The notes beneath the pieces were generated by a model. It saw nothing but the letters and a program-made list of their open reading frames with translations, was not told the DNA's origin and did not search any database. Shown here piece by piece: positions 30,854-40,684 of a DNA stretch of 64,000 bases. The DNA comes from an uncultured delta proteobacterium (GTDB lineage: Bacteria > Myxococcota_A > Polyangia > Polyangiales > Polyangiaceae): assembly GCA_963841435.1 (NCBI GenBank), contig CAWJCS010000005.1, positions 1,600,001-1,664,000 of the forward strand, read 5' to 3'. Positions within the stretch are counted from its first letter, which is position 1. Each line of letters opens with the position of its first letter. A program made the translations under genes and the position numbers.

Positions 30854-31669
30854 ATGCTCGACGCTCGCTCACTTCGTTGGATCTGCACCTTGCTCGCGTT
30901 GACGCTCAGCGCGTGCGGCTACTCCCAGGAAGAATGGGACCAGAAGGTGCGTGAGAACGCCGGCCTGCGTGACCAGCTCACGACCCAGCGCCAGGCACAC
31001 AAGAAGTGCGAGGCGGACTACGCCACCGCGCTCTCGCAAATCGACGAGCTCAAGCGCCAGCTCACCGAGCGCGGCGTCAACCTCGAGAACATGAGCGCGA
31101 GCCTCGCCGAGCAGAAGAAGGCGCTCGACGAGTACGCGCGCCGCACCGCTCAGCTCGACGCCATCCGCAAGCGCTTCGAGCTGCTGCAGCAGAAGCTCCA
31201 GAAGCTCACGCAGCTCGGTCTCCAGGTCGAGGTCCGCAACAACCGCATGCTGATCCGCCTTCCGGGCGACGTGCTCTTCGACTCCGGTTCCGACCGGTTG
31301 AAGAAGGAAGGCGAGAGCATCCTGCTGCAGGTTGCCGAGGTGGTCCGCACCGACGCCGACCTCTCGAAGCGCAACTTTCAGGTCGCGGGCCACACGGACG
31401 CCAAGCCGCTCAGTGGCGGTGGGTTCCGCGACAACTGGGGCCTTTCGGCCATGCGCGCGCGCTCCGTGCTCGTGCTGCTCACGACGCCCGTCGACAAGAA
31501 GGGCGGCGGGCTCGACCCCAAGAACTGGAGCGCCGCCGGCTACGCCGACACCGACCCCGTGGCGACCAACGACACGGACGACGGCCGCCAGAAGAATCGC
31601 CGGGTCGAGCTCGTCGTTCAGCCGAACGTCGAGGAAATGCTCAACCTGAAGAGCCTCGCAACGAAGTGA
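30854..31669 (+). CDS. OmpA/MotB-domain coiled-coil lipoprotein
   Basis: Lipobox LSAC; coiled coil; VLFDSGS, GHTD, NWGLSAMRA and NRRVE motifs. Confidence 0.92.
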   Translation: MLDARSLRWICTLLALTLSACGYSQEEWDQKVRENAGLRDQLTTQRQAHKKCEADYATALSQIDELKRQLTERGVNLENMSASLAEQKKALDEYARRTAQLDAIRKRFELLQQKLQKLTQLGLQVEVRNNRMLIRLPGDVLFDSGSDRLKKEGESILLQVAEVVRTDADLSKRNFQVAGHTDAKPLSGGGFRDNWGLSAMRARSVLVLLTTPVDKKGGGLDPKNWSAAGYADTDPVATNDTDDGRQKNRRVELVVQPNVEEMLNLKSLATK

Positions 31670-31676
31670 GCGGCTC

Positions 31677-32609
31677 GTGAGCGGCCACGCCGCCTCGCGG
31701 ATTGCCACGCTCGACATCGGAACCAATACAGTCCTCCTGCTCGTCGCCGAGCGCGGGCCCTCTGGGCTCGCGCCGGTGCTCGAGCGGGCGACCATCACAC
31801 GCCTCGGGGAAGGCGTGGACCGGTCGCGCGAGCTCGCGCCCGCGGCGCGGGAGCGGACGCTGCGCTGCCTGCGCGAGTACGCGGTCGAGCTCGAGCGCTT
31901 GGGCGTCGGGCGCGTCGCCGCCGTGGGCACGAGCGCGCTGCGCGACGCGCGGGGTGGTGACGAGTTCTGCGAACAGGTCCGCGCCGTGCTCGGCGTGGCG
32001 CCCACCGTGATCGCGGGGCGGCGCGAGGCCGAGCTCACGTTCCACGGCGCGCTCTCCGGGCTCGCCGTGACCGGCGACGTGGTCGTGTTCGATGTGGGCG
32101 GTGGCAGCACGGAGATCGTCCGAGGCCCCGCGGGCGGCGCCGTGGCGAGCGCAGTGAGCCTCGACGTGGGGAGCGTGCGGCTCTTCGAGCGCCACCTCGG
32201 AAACGACCCAGCGACGCCCGAAGAGCTCGAGCTCGTGCGTGCCGACGTGGCACGCGCGCTCGTCGACATCGACGTGCCGGGCGACCGCGCGACGCTGGTC
32301 GGTGTGGCGGGCACCGTGACGTCGCTCGCGGCGATCGCTCTCGAGCTCTCCGACTACGATCCCGCGCGCGTGCACGGTCACGTTCTCGAAGCGAGCGATG
32401 TGCACGCGCTCGCCGAGCGGCTCGCGCGCATGACGCTCGCGGAGCGTCACGCGCTACCTGGCCTCGATCCGCGGCGCGCCGACGTGATCGTCGCCGGCGC
32501 GCTGATTGTCGAAGGCGTGCTCGACGCTATTCGCAGCGAACGGCTCGTCGTCTCCGACCGTGGCGTGCGCTGGGGTCTTGCCGAAGAGCTCGCCAAAAGC
32601 AGCCCCTGA
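31677..32609 (+). CDS. ppx: Ppx/GppA family phosphatase
   Basis: DIGTNT, TRLGEG, TSALRDA, DVGGGSTE and GVRWG motifs. Confidence 0.92.
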   Translation: MSGHAASRIATLDIGTNTVLLLVAERGPSGLAPVLERATITRLGEGVDRSRELAPAARERTLRCLREYAVELERLGVGRVAAVGTSALRDARGGDEFCEQVRAVLGVAPTVIAGRREAELTFHGALSGLAVTGDVVVFDVGGGSTEIVRGPAGGAVASAVSLDVGSVRLFERHLGNDPATPEELELVRADVARALVDIDVPGDRATLVGVAGTVTSLAAIALELSDYDPARVHGHVLEASDVHALAERLARMTLAERHALPGLDPRRADVIVAGALIVEGVLDAIRSERLVVSDRGVRWGLAEELAKSSP

Positions 32610-32678
32610 ACGCGCGCGCCGTGCCTGGAACCGGTTGCACCGAGGGCGCCGCCGAGTCAGACTAATAGATGCAAAGAG

Positions 32679-32707
32679 TTGACAGAGTCGTCACCGGTGG
32701 GTAGAGT
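32679..32707 (+). promoter_or_regulatory. Sigma70 promoter of cdnL
   Basis: TTGACA-N17-TAGAGT. Confidence 0.8.
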
Positions 32708-32713
32708 GCCGCC

Positions 32714-32968
32714 CCTGGCGAATTCTGATCAGCGCTTGGGTGTGCGCTGGCATCGGCGCCCCACGGGGCCCGAAACCCACGCGATACACCCGAGAGACAC
32801 CGGAGGCGCCAGTTAAGGAATGGAATCACAGGCCCGACCGTTCATGTCCCGCGCCCGCGGGTGAGAGAACGGGAGAGCCTGCTTAACACTTCAGCGCTTG
32901 GTTTCCGGTCAACCCGGCCACCCCTCGCGGGGCGCCTCGGGCACCAGGTTTAGTCACAAGGAGACGTC
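32714..32968 (+). promoter_or_regulatory. Long structured 5' leader of cdnL
   Basis: About 255 nt between the promoter and the AAGGAG RBS, containing two long nested stem-loops. Confidence 0.6.
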
Positions 32969-33475
32969 ATGCAGTCCAGCCAGGAAGTGGAGTTCAAGGT
33001 CGGCGATAAGGCGGTCTACCCTGCCCAGGGCGTGGCGGAAGTGGTCAGCATCGAAGAGAAGGACATCGCTGGTCAGCGCCAGCGCTTCTACGTGCTGCGC
33101 ATTCTCGACACGGACCGCAAGATCATGGTGCCGGTCTCGAACGCAAACGCGGTGGGCTTGCGTCAAGTGATCAGCGAGCAGGAGATCCGCGAGATCTTCG
33201 ACATCTTGAAGGAGCGTACGATCGGCTTCGACACGCAGACGTGGAATCGCCGGTATCGCGGCTTCATGGACAAGATCAAGACCGGGTCGATTTACGACGT
33301 CGCCGAGGTGCTGCGTGACCTCTATCGCCTCAAGGCGAACAAGCAGCTCTCGTTCGGTGAGCGCCGCATGCTCGACACGGCACGCTCACTCATCGTCAAA
33401 GAGATCGCGATCGCTCGTCACCAGACCGAAGAGATGGTGAAAAGCGAGATCGAGTCGATCTTCTTCGCGAACTGA
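32969..33475 (+). CDS. carD: CarD family RNA polymerase-binding protein (CdnL type)
   Basis: FKVGDKAVYPAQGV, IMVP, WNRRYR and LSFGERRML motifs; no HMGA domain; strong RBS. Confidence 0.95.
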   Translation: MQSSQEVEFKVGDKAVYPAQGVAEVVSIEEKDIAGQRQRFYVLRILDTDRKIMVPVSNANAVGLRQVISEQEIREIFDILKERTIGFDTQTWNRRYRGFMDKIKTGSIYDVAEVLRDLYRLKANKQLSFGERRMLDTARSLIVKEIAIARHQTEEMVKSEIESIFFAN

Positions 33476-33497
33476 TTCGGCTTTCGCAAACAGCGCG

Positions 33498-33535
33498 CGG
33501 CGCGTGGCTTTCGGGTCACGCGCCGTTCGTGTTTT
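33498..33535 (+). terminator. Probable intrinsic terminator after cdnL
   Basis: CGGCGCGTGGC-TTTCGG-GTCACGCGCCG stem followed by TTCGTGTTTT. Confidence 0.6.
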
Positions 33536-33566
33536 GTGGGCCTGCGGGTGAGCGGTGTCGCGCGGC

Positions 33567-34079
33567 TCAGCGCTCCACGGCGTGCGGCGGCGGGTGGGCC
33601 TCGGTCTCCTGAGCGTCCTCGCGCCGCTGGATCGGCGAAAGCGGTGGGATCACGAGCGCCACGCGCCAATGCCCGTCCTCGCGCACGCACTTCACTTCGT
33701 GGTGCTGTCCGGGTGCCTCGCCGACGACGGTCACGATCGCCCAGTCGCCATCGATGCGTGCGCTATAGCGCTTCGGCGCGAAGGCGAGCGAGAAGTGGGT
33801 GGGCGCGATCATCGACTGCGGTGCCACCTCCCGCCCCGCGACCGCGCTCGCGCGCTTTGCACGCTCGACGAGCGCACGCTGTGCCTCGCTCCACATGAGC
33901 TCGAACGCGTCGCGCCCCGCCTTGGGATCGCCGTGCACGCGCTGCATGCGCGCGATGAACTCCTCGACGATGGCGTCCGGCCCGGCGTCGACGACGTCCG
34001 CCTGACAGCCCACGCCGGCGAGCGCGAGGAGCGGCACTACGCACAGCGCGGCGGCGACACGCCTGCGTCCGCCCGTCAT
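33567..34079 (-). CDS. Hypothetical lipoprotein (NTF2/DUF4878-like)
   Basis: Lipobox GVGC; ARIDGDWAIVTV...VREDGHWRV pattern. Confidence 0.75.
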   Translation of the reverse strand: MTGGRRRVAAALCVVPLLALAGVGCQADVVDAGPDAIVEEFIARMQRVHGDPKAGRDAFELMWSEAQRALVERAKRASAVAGREVAPQSMIAPTHFSLAFAPKRYSARIDGDWAIVTVVGEAPGQHHEVKCVREDGHWRVALVIPPLSPIQRREDAQETEAHPPPHAVER

Positions 34080-34390
34080 GCGGCCTCGCTCGTGGTGATG
34101 CCCATGGCGCGGCGCACGTCGCCGAGCGTCACTTCCGCGAGCGTTCGCGCGTGGGCGGCGCCCTCGTTCCGCACGTCGAGCACGCGGCGAGGCTCGCGCC
34201 GGTGCGCCGCGCCGCGCTCCTGAACGGGCCCGAGCTCCGCCACCATGACGTCCCACAGGCACATCTTGCCGTCGCGGCACCCGAGCGCGCCGCGCCGGCA
34301 GTCGCGCTCGATCTCGCTGCAGGTCGCCTCGCTGTCGAGCGCGCGGTGCATCGTGAACACGTTGCAGCTCTCCGGCCGTCCTTTGTCGAT
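34076..34390 (-). pseudogene. trpS: 3' remnant of tryptophan--tRNA ligase (anticodon-binding region only)
   Basis: GRPESCNVFTMH...IERDCRRGALGCRDGK...ELGPVQER...EGAAHARTLAEVTLGDVRRAMG matches the TrpRS C-terminus; no HIGH or KMSKS domain upstream. Confidence 0.72.
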
Positions 34391-34510
34391 AGCCACGCCC
34401 CCGATGCCTAGCACTACTTCGTGCGACTTTCGCGGCCGTCGCCGGCCCGCTCCGTGCCCGCTCGTCGTGAAGGGACAGCCGCTCCCGCCGGAGCCACACG
34501 GGCCCTCGGC

Positions 34511-35785
34511 TCAGGGCAGCGCGATGCGGGCGATGCTGGCGAGCGAAGAGGACGACTCGAATAGCGACAAGAACAACGTCTTGTTCGACACCGCGAGGGC
34601 GTGGATGGTGTACCCCGGGGGCAGGCACGCGGCGCGCGAGAGTTGGCCCGCGCCTCGGGGCCCGGTGAGCACGACCTTTCCGACGCCGCCCTTGCCGGGC
34701 TCGAGCTGCCCGTTACCCGCGAACACGACGCGATCGCCGTAGGTAAGCCCCGTGCCGAAGGTGCCCACCGTCGCCGCGTAGATGCGCTCGAGGCCGCCGC
34801 CGCCACCGGCCGGCACGCGGTAGACCCCGGGCTTCTGCAAATCCTCGTTTTCGTAACCCGTGACGAACACCGTGGCACCGTCGGTAAGCAGCACGACGTG
34901 GGAGATCATCTGCATGATGCGCCCGAGGTCCACGGGGTTTCCGCCGCCGAGGGGCACCGACATCAAATGGTGCTCGCCGCTCGGCTCCGGGAGGAAGGGG
35001 CTCTTCTTCTTGTTCGCGGCATGCTCGGCGAGCTGCGCGGCGCTCGGCGGGGCGGTGTGCATGAAGACGACGCGATCACCGGCTCGCCGGACATCGTCGA
35101 TGTCGCCCTCGATCTCGAGCAAGGTCTTCGCCTCGCCGCCGGCGAGCGGCACCGAGCGCACCTCGGCGTGCGCTGCGGCGGACTTTCCCTTCGCGCTGAC
35201 CTCCGCCCAGTAAAACGCGCTGCCGTCGAAGTCGGCAAAGGTCGCGCGCGGCGCCCGCGAGCGCTTGCCGATCGACTGGAGGATACGGGTCGCGGCGTCG
35301 CGCCCGCCGCCGCGCTTCGCAGCCGTCAGGTCGATGAACGTTTGAAAGGCGCCCCCCGCCTTCGGCATCTGCATGAAAATGGGCTCGCCGGATGATTGCG
35401 TGAGGAGCCGATCGCCCGAGGCAAAGAGCACGAGCCTGCCGCTCAGCGTCATGCCGGGGATTTTACCGAGGGTCGTGGCCTTGCCGTCGGCGAGCGACAC
35501 GCGACGAAGTTCGCTCATCGTGCCGGCGTAGAGCGCGTCGCCGTCGACGACCAGCGCGCGGAAGAGGTCGCTCCCGCCGATACGCGCCGGCGGCACGAGA
35601 TAGTCGAGGGTCGTGAGACAGCCGTCGGACCCAACGGGCGCGAGTGTCGGTGTTGCGACCGCGGCGGAGCTCGACGCGCTCGCGGCAGGCTCGGGTGGCG
35701 ACTCCTTGGGGTGGCGGCATCCGAGCGCCGTGCACCACGCCAACGCCAGCACCGCCGCCCGAAAAAACCAGCGCCTCCGTTGCAT
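34511..35785 (-). CDS. Secreted lipoprotein, probable beta-propeller
   Basis: Lipobox ALGC; repeated blades such as LVVDGDALY, FDGSAFYWAE, SVPLAGG and RVPAGGG. Confidence 0.75.
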   Translation of the reverse strand: MQRRRWFFRAAVLALAWCTALGCRHPKESPPEPAASASSSAAVATPTLAPVGSDGCLTTLDYLVPPARIGGSDLFRALVVDGDALYAGTMSELRRVSLADGKATTLGKIPGMTLSGRLVLFASGDRLLTQSSGEPIFMQMPKAGGAFQTFIDLTAAKRGGGRDAATRILQSIGKRSRAPRATFADFDGSAFYWAEVSAKGKSAAAHAEVRSVPLAGGEAKTLLEIEGDIDDVRRAGDRVVFMHTAPPSAAQLAEHAANKKKSPFLPEPSGEHHLMSVPLGGGNPVDLGRIMQMISHVVLLTDGATVFVTGYENEDLQKPGVYRVPAGGGGGLERIYAATVGTFGTGLTYGDRVVFAGNGQLEPGKGGVGKVVLTGPRGAGQLSRAACLPPGYTIHALAVSNKTLFLSLFESSSSLASIARIALP

Positions 35786-35808
35786 GGCCGGCATCCTAGC
35801 GAGGCCGC

Positions 35809-36360
35809 TCAGCGGGTCAAAGTCGAGACCTGGGGCGCCCGTAGAATCAGCGCGCGGCGCAGGACGTTCAGCGTGATGAACGGGAGCCCCCCGCCGAGCC
35901 TGAGGTCGTGCCGGAAGACGAAGGACCAGACGACGGCCGCCACCGTGACGGCGAAGAGGATCGCAGACGCGCGCGTGAGAAAGCTCGGGTCCGCGCCCCG
36001 GCAGCCGATGTATCCCTGGGGCGACAGAAAGAACGCGAGGATGGCGACCGCGAGCACGGCGACGAAGAGTGCGAAGGCCTGCACGTCGGCAAGCCATGCG
36101 GCCAGGGACGCGAGCGGGAGGGTGAAAGCGAGCGCACCCGCGACGAGCCACAGTCCGGTGCCGACGAGGATGGGGTTCAAGACATAGCGGCGCACGAGCA
36201 CGAACGCGCTCGCCGCTGCAAACAGCACGGCCCCTCCCACGAACCCGCCGCGTGCCTGCTCGAGGTCCACCGACCCCTTGACGATGAACGGCAGGGCCAG
36301 GCTCACGATGGGGACGAGCTGCAAGAGCTCCACCCAGACGGGGTTTCGGTTTGCGGCCAC
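35809..36360 (-). CDS. Hypothetical membrane protein
   Basis: Five to six hydrophobic segments; GTG start 6 nt after TATGCT. Confidence 0.7.
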   Translation of the reverse strand: MAANRNPVWVELLQLVPIVSLALPFIVKGSVDLEQARGGFVGGAVLFAAASAFVLVRRYVLNPILVGTGLWLVAGALAFTLPLASLAAWLADVQAFALFVAVLAVAILAFFLSPQGYIGCRGADPSFLTRASAILFAVTVAAVVWSFVFRHDLRLGGGLPFITLNVLRRALILRAPQVSTLTR

Positions 36361-36441
36361 GGGCGGAGCATACCGGGCCACTCGCTCGCCCGGAAACTTG
36401 GCCGCTGCCGAGGCCGCCTCGGTACGATCACGTCTCAGCCC

Positions 36442-37488
36442 ATGCTCCGCGCCGGTTCCACCCCCCGCCTGGTCTGGTCCGGTCGTCCCACGCCCGCCGA
36501 GGCACCACCCGCCGAGCCCGCGCCCGCCGAGCTCGAAATCACGCGGGATGGCGAGCCCGATCTCCGGCTCATCCACGGGGACAACCTCGGGGCGCTCCGG
36601 GCGCTCGCCGAGACGGGCGAGCAGGTCGCGCTCGTCTACCTCGACCCACCGTTTTTCACCGGGCGCGAGCACACGCTCGTCGAGCGCTCCTCCACGCTCA
36701 GGGGCACGGCCCGGAGGCGCCGCGTGGCGTTCGACGACCGCTGGGCGAGTCTCGATGCCTACCTCGGGGCCCTCATGGAGCGCGTGACGCTCGCCCGCGA
36801 GCTGCTCCGGCCCGACGGCTGCCTCGTCCTGCACGTCGATCCGCGCACGAGCCACTACTCCAAGGTCCTATGCGACGAGATTTTCGGCGCCGATTGCTTC
36901 GCGAGCGAGATCGTGTGGCGCTACCGGCGCTGGCCGTCGAAGACCAAGAATTTCCAGCGTATGCACGACGTGCTGCTCCGCTACGTGCGCGACGCGCGCA
37001 CCGTGCCCCGCTTTCGCCAGCTCTACGAGCCGCTCGCCCCGTCGACGCTCGCCACGTGGGGTGACAAGAAGCAGCGTGCCGTCGTCGATGCGAGCGGGCG
37101 CCGGTTGCGCTCGAGCACGACGCACGATGCGACGCCGGGCACGCCGCTCGGCGACGTTTGGGAGATCGGCATCGTCGCGCCCGTCGCCAAGGAGCGCACC
37201 GGGTACCCGACGCAGAAGCCCGAAGCGCTGCTCGCGCGGCTCGTCGAGGCGTGCACGGAGCCGGGCGACACGGTTCTCGACCCCTACGTCGGCAGCGGCA
37301 CGACGGTGGCCGCGTGCGTGCGCCTCGGGCGGCGTGCCATCGGCATCGACGTGAACCGCCGGGCCGTCACCATCGCCAGGCGACGCCTGGAGGCGCTGGG
37401 CCGGCGCCCCCGCATCGAGCGCGTCATCCACGTGGACGGCGCCTCGCCCGGGACGAGCGAGGCCGAACGCCTCACGCGCGTGGGATAG
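36442..37488 (+). CDS. Orphan N6-A/N4-C DNA methyltransferase (beta class)
   Basis: Motif IV YLDPPF precedes YPTQKP and motif I DPYVGSGTT. Confidence 0.92.
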   Translation: MLRAGSTPRLVWSGRPTPAEAPPAEPAPAELEITRDGEPDLRLIHGDNLGALRALAETGEQVALVYLDPPFFTGREHTLVERSSTLRGTARRRRVAFDDRWASLDAYLGALMERVTLARELLRPDGCLVLHVDPRTSHYSKVLCDEIFGADCFASEIVWRYRRWPSKTKNFQRMHDVLLRYVRDARTVPRFRQLYEPLAPSTLATWGDKKQRAVVDASGRRLRSSTTHDATPGTPLGDVWEIGIVAPVAKERTGYPTQKPEALLARLVEACTEPGDTVLDPYVGSGTTVAACVRLGRRAIGIDVNRRAVTIARRRLEALGRRPRIERVIHVDGASPGTSEAERLTRVG

Positions 37489-37552
37489 CCCGCCCGCCGC
37501 GAAAGAGCCCCCCGATTGCGCTCGCGCGCGGCCGGCACTAAACCCCCGGGCC

Positions 37553-38557
37553 ATGCTGTCGAAGCGTACCGCACCGGTCCTTTTGGCTCTCCTGAGCCTG
37601 GCGGCGACTGCGCTCGCGGCCGACGACTCACCCGTCGTGGTGACCGTTGGCTCGAGCAGCATGACGACGGTCGACGTGACACGACGGCTCGCCGCGCTCT
37701 CGAGCTATCAGGTTTCGCGCTATGGCTCGAAGCCCGAAGAGATCAAGAAGCGCTTCGTCGAGGAGGTGCTCGTGCCGGAGATGCTCTTTGGCGAAGAAGG
37801 TGCGCGGCGCAAGCTCGACCAGACGCCCGCCATGCGCGACAAGCTGCGCGACTCGCTGCGCGATGCGATCGATCGCAGCCTCAAAGCGGAGATGGCGGAG
37901 AAGAGCCCCGTCACGGCCGACGACATCAAAAAGTACTTCGAGGACAACAAGAGCCGCTACGAAACGCCGAAGCGCATCCGCGTTTGGCGCATCCAGGTCG
38001 CCGATGAAGCCGCCGCCAAGGAGCTCATCGCGCAGGCCAAGGGCACGGGCGGGCCGAAGGCCTGGTCCGACTACGCCCGCGAAAAGTCCCTCGACAAGGC
38101 CACGGCGATGCGAAACGGCGATCTTGGCTTCGTTCGCGCCGACGGCACGACCGACGTGCCGCGCGTCATCGTCAACAAGGGTGTGTTCGCGGCCGTCGAC
38201 AAGGTGGGCGACGGGGCGCTCGTTCCGGAGCCGCTCCACGAGGGCGATCGCTGGTCGGTGCTCTGGCGACGAGGCAGCGTCGAGGCAACGAAGCGCACGC
38301 TCGAGGACGAGGAAGCGTCCATCCGGCAGATCCTCGAGCGGCGGCGGCTCGACACGATGCGCCAGGAGCTGCTCGCGAGCCTGCGAAAGGACAAGCTCAA
38401 GGAGCTGCACCCGGAGCTGCTCTCGAACATCGACGCCTCGGCGTTCGGGCCGCCGCGCCGCGACCCACGGTTGCTCGGGCGTGACCGCGACCGCCCGCTC
38501 AGGCGCCCCCGCCGCGAAGACGGGCCGAAGATCCCGCCGCCCGCGAGCAGCGACTGA
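37553..38557 (+). CDS. Periplasmic parvulin/PpiC-type peptidyl-prolyl isomerase
   Basis: Signal peptide; AREKSLD...NGDLGF parvulin motif. Confidence 0.85.
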   Translation: MLSKRTAPVLLALLSLAATALAADDSPVVVTVGSSSMTTVDVTRRLAALSSYQVSRYGSKPEEIKKRFVEEVLVPEMLFGEEGARRKLDQTPAMRDKLRDSLRDAIDRSLKAEMAEKSPVTADDIKKYFEDNKSRYETPKRIRVWRIQVADEAAAKELIAQAKGTGGPKAWSDYAREKSLDKATAMRNGDLGFVRADGTTDVPRVIVNKGVFAAVDKVGDGALVPEPLHEGDRWSVLWRRGSVEATKRTLEDEEASIRQILERRRLDTMRQELLASLRKDKLKELHPELLSNIDASAFGPPRRDPRLLGRDRDRPLRRPRREDGPKIPPPASSD

Positions 38558-38972
38558 TCAGGGCACGTCCGGCAAAACCCAGCCGAACTGCTTGAGAACG
38601 GCGCGGAACGTGCGCTCTTCGTCGAGCGCACGCTGGTAAAAGACGTTGAAGCGATCGGCTTCGCCTCGCGTCGCGGCCTCGGCGGCCTGGGCGTGGTTCT
38701 CGAGCACGAGCAAGAGGTGCGGGTGCGCTTGCACGACCTCCTTCGGCACGGTCATGGACGAGGCCGTTTCGAGACGCGCTTCGGCGAGCTTCTGCACGAC
38801 GCGCGCGAGCTCCCGGTCGGCGATGCGGGCCCTGAGATACGCCATCTCCCGGGTCGCTCCCGAGAATCAGCAGCGCGGCACGGCTCAGGTACGTTCCGGC
38901 CCATGCCGAGCCGGAGATCAGCGCGGCGAAAAGCCCCGCGAGCAGCGCCCGACGAGCGACGAGCGTGCTCAT
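38558..38972 (-). CDS. Hypothetical secreted protein (apparent +1 frameshift at ~38860)
   Basis: Signal peptide in the frame starting at 38972; helical remainder ATREMAYLRAR...LPDVP in the next frame; 138 codons once one base is removed; ATGA-coupled to rnc. Confidence 0.7.
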
Positions 38973-39712
38973 GCCCGCGCATCTCCCGGCGCGTCCGCCG
39001 CGGGCCCGCCGGTGCTCGGAGGTTCGGCGCCGACCAGGGCTCCCAGCGCCACGGCCGCTGCCGCCTGCTCGGCCGCGCGCTTCGAGCGCCCTTCGCCCTC
39101 GCCCGTGATCCCGCCGGCATCCACGCGCACCCGAAACCAGCGCGCGTGCGCGGGTCCGGTCGTGCCCAAAAGCTCGTAGCTCGGCGCAGGTCGCCCGAGC
39201 GCCTGCACGCGCTCCTGCAGCTCACTCTTCGCGTCGCGCGTCAACTGGCCACGAATCGCTTCGAGTCCGTGCTCGACGACCGCCTGGCTCACGCGCCGCG
39301 CCGCGTCCAACCCCTGCTCGAGGTAGGTTGCCGCGATCAGCGCTTCCACGGTGTCGGCCAGCACGTTGGTGCTCTCACCCAGGCCCGCGCTCGCGGCGCC
39401 GCGTCCGAGCTTCACGAGGGCCGGCAGCCCCGCGCTGCGCGCCCAGTCGGCCAGGGCCTCGGCGTTGACGAGCTGGGCGCGGAGTCGAGTCAGGGTGCCC
39501 TCGTCGGCGTCCGGGAACGACCGATAGATGACCTCGCTCGCACACAACCCGAGCACGGCATCCCCCAGAAACTCGAGGCGCTGGTTGTCGGCAACCCCGC
39601 GCCGCTCGTTGGCGTGGCTCGGGTGCGTGAGCGCCTGCTCGAGCGCTGACGATTCGGGCGCGAGACCGGTCAGCGAGAGGAGCGGCGCGAGCGCGGAGGA
39701 GACCTCGCTCAT
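38969..39712 (-). CDS. rnc: Ribonuclease III
   Basis: ALTHPS, NQRLEFLGDAVL and dsRBD DAKSELQE...GRSKRAAEQAAA motifs. Confidence 0.97.
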   Translation of the reverse strand: MSEVSSALAPLLSLTGLAPESSALEQALTHPSHANERRGVADNQRLEFLGDAVLGLCASEVIYRSFPDADEGTLTRLRAQLVNAEALADWARSAGLPALVKLGRGAASAGLGESTNVLADTVEALIAATYLEQGLDAARRVSQAVVEHGLEAIRGQLTRDAKSELQERVQALGRPAPSYELLGTTGPAHARWFRVRVDAGGITGEGEGRSKRAAEQAAAAVALGALVGAEPPSTGGPAADAPGDARA

Positions 39713-39996
39713 GGCATGCCGTAGGGCGCGAGCGTAGCACGTTCACGACGCCGTCATCCTCTCGGCAAGGGGCGAACCGTGGCGTCGAAACCGCTCGTGA
39801 GCAGAACCGAACAGAGGAAAAATGCGGATTGCGACAGGTTGCGTCGGGGGGTCATGGCGGCCCAGGAACTGGGTGGGGCTCGGTTTCAGCGCGTGTGCCA
39901 TCTTCGGTTGCAGCGTTGCCGTCCGGTGCGACCCGAGCGCGGGCGGGCGCTCCCGCGCTGCGTGAGGGCGCCCTCGATCGGGGCTATGATCGACGG

Positions 39997-40632
39997 ATGG
40001 CCGGGCTCGTTGCCTGCCCGTTTTGCCGCACCATGTACGAGCGCTCGGAGGCGCAGCTTTGCGCCGTCTGCGGCATGAAGCTCGTGCCGTTCGCGCGCCT
40101 GCCGCCCTCGGCCGACGCGCTCGCCGAGGAACCCCCGCTCGTGCCCGCGCTGCCCGAGGACGAGCTGCTTTCGTACGGCTACCTGGGACGCGGCCGGGGC
40201 GCCCTGCTCGCGCTCTCGGTGGCCGGCATTGCGCTGTTTTTCTCACCCTGGGTCGCGATCGAAATCCCGGAGAGCGTCGTGCGCACCGGGTTCGACCTCG
40301 CGCGAGGTCGCGCGGGGTGGCTCTGGGGCGGCGTCACCGGCTGGTTCATTCTCCTGCCGCTCGTGTTCACGCGGCGGACCATTTACAAGCTGCGCGGCGT
40401 CCGCCCCATCGCCGTGGCCTTCAGCGCCATGACGCTCGGCGAGGTGCTCGTGCTTTTGTCCCTGCCGCCCCCCGTGCGGCGAGTACCGCTCGAGCTGCAT
40501 TTCACCTGGGGTATTTATGCTTCCGGTCTCGTGAGCTTCGCCGGCCTCATTTGCTCGCTGTGGCTCGGAGGGCGCCTGCCCCCGCTGCCGCAAAGCATGA
40601 CTCGGTCGAGCACCGATGAAACTCTGCACTAG
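39997..40632 (+). CDS. Membrane protein with N-terminal Zn-ribbon
   Basis: CPFC...CAVCG followed by 4 TM segments. Confidence 0.75.
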   Translation: MAGLVACPFCRTMYERSEAQLCAVCGMKLVPFARLPPSADALAEEPPLVPALPEDELLSYGYLGRGRGALLALSVAGIALFFSPWVAIEIPESVVRTGFDLARGRAGWLWGGVTGWFILLPLVFTRRTIYKLRGVRPIAVAFSAMTLGEVLVLLSLPPPVRRVPLELHFTWGIYASGLVSFAGLICSLWLGGRLPPLPQSMTRSSTDETLH

Positions 40633-40684
40633 TGTGAGTCGGCCGATTCTCGCAAATCTTGCTATGGCGTGGTAGCTCTGGTCC

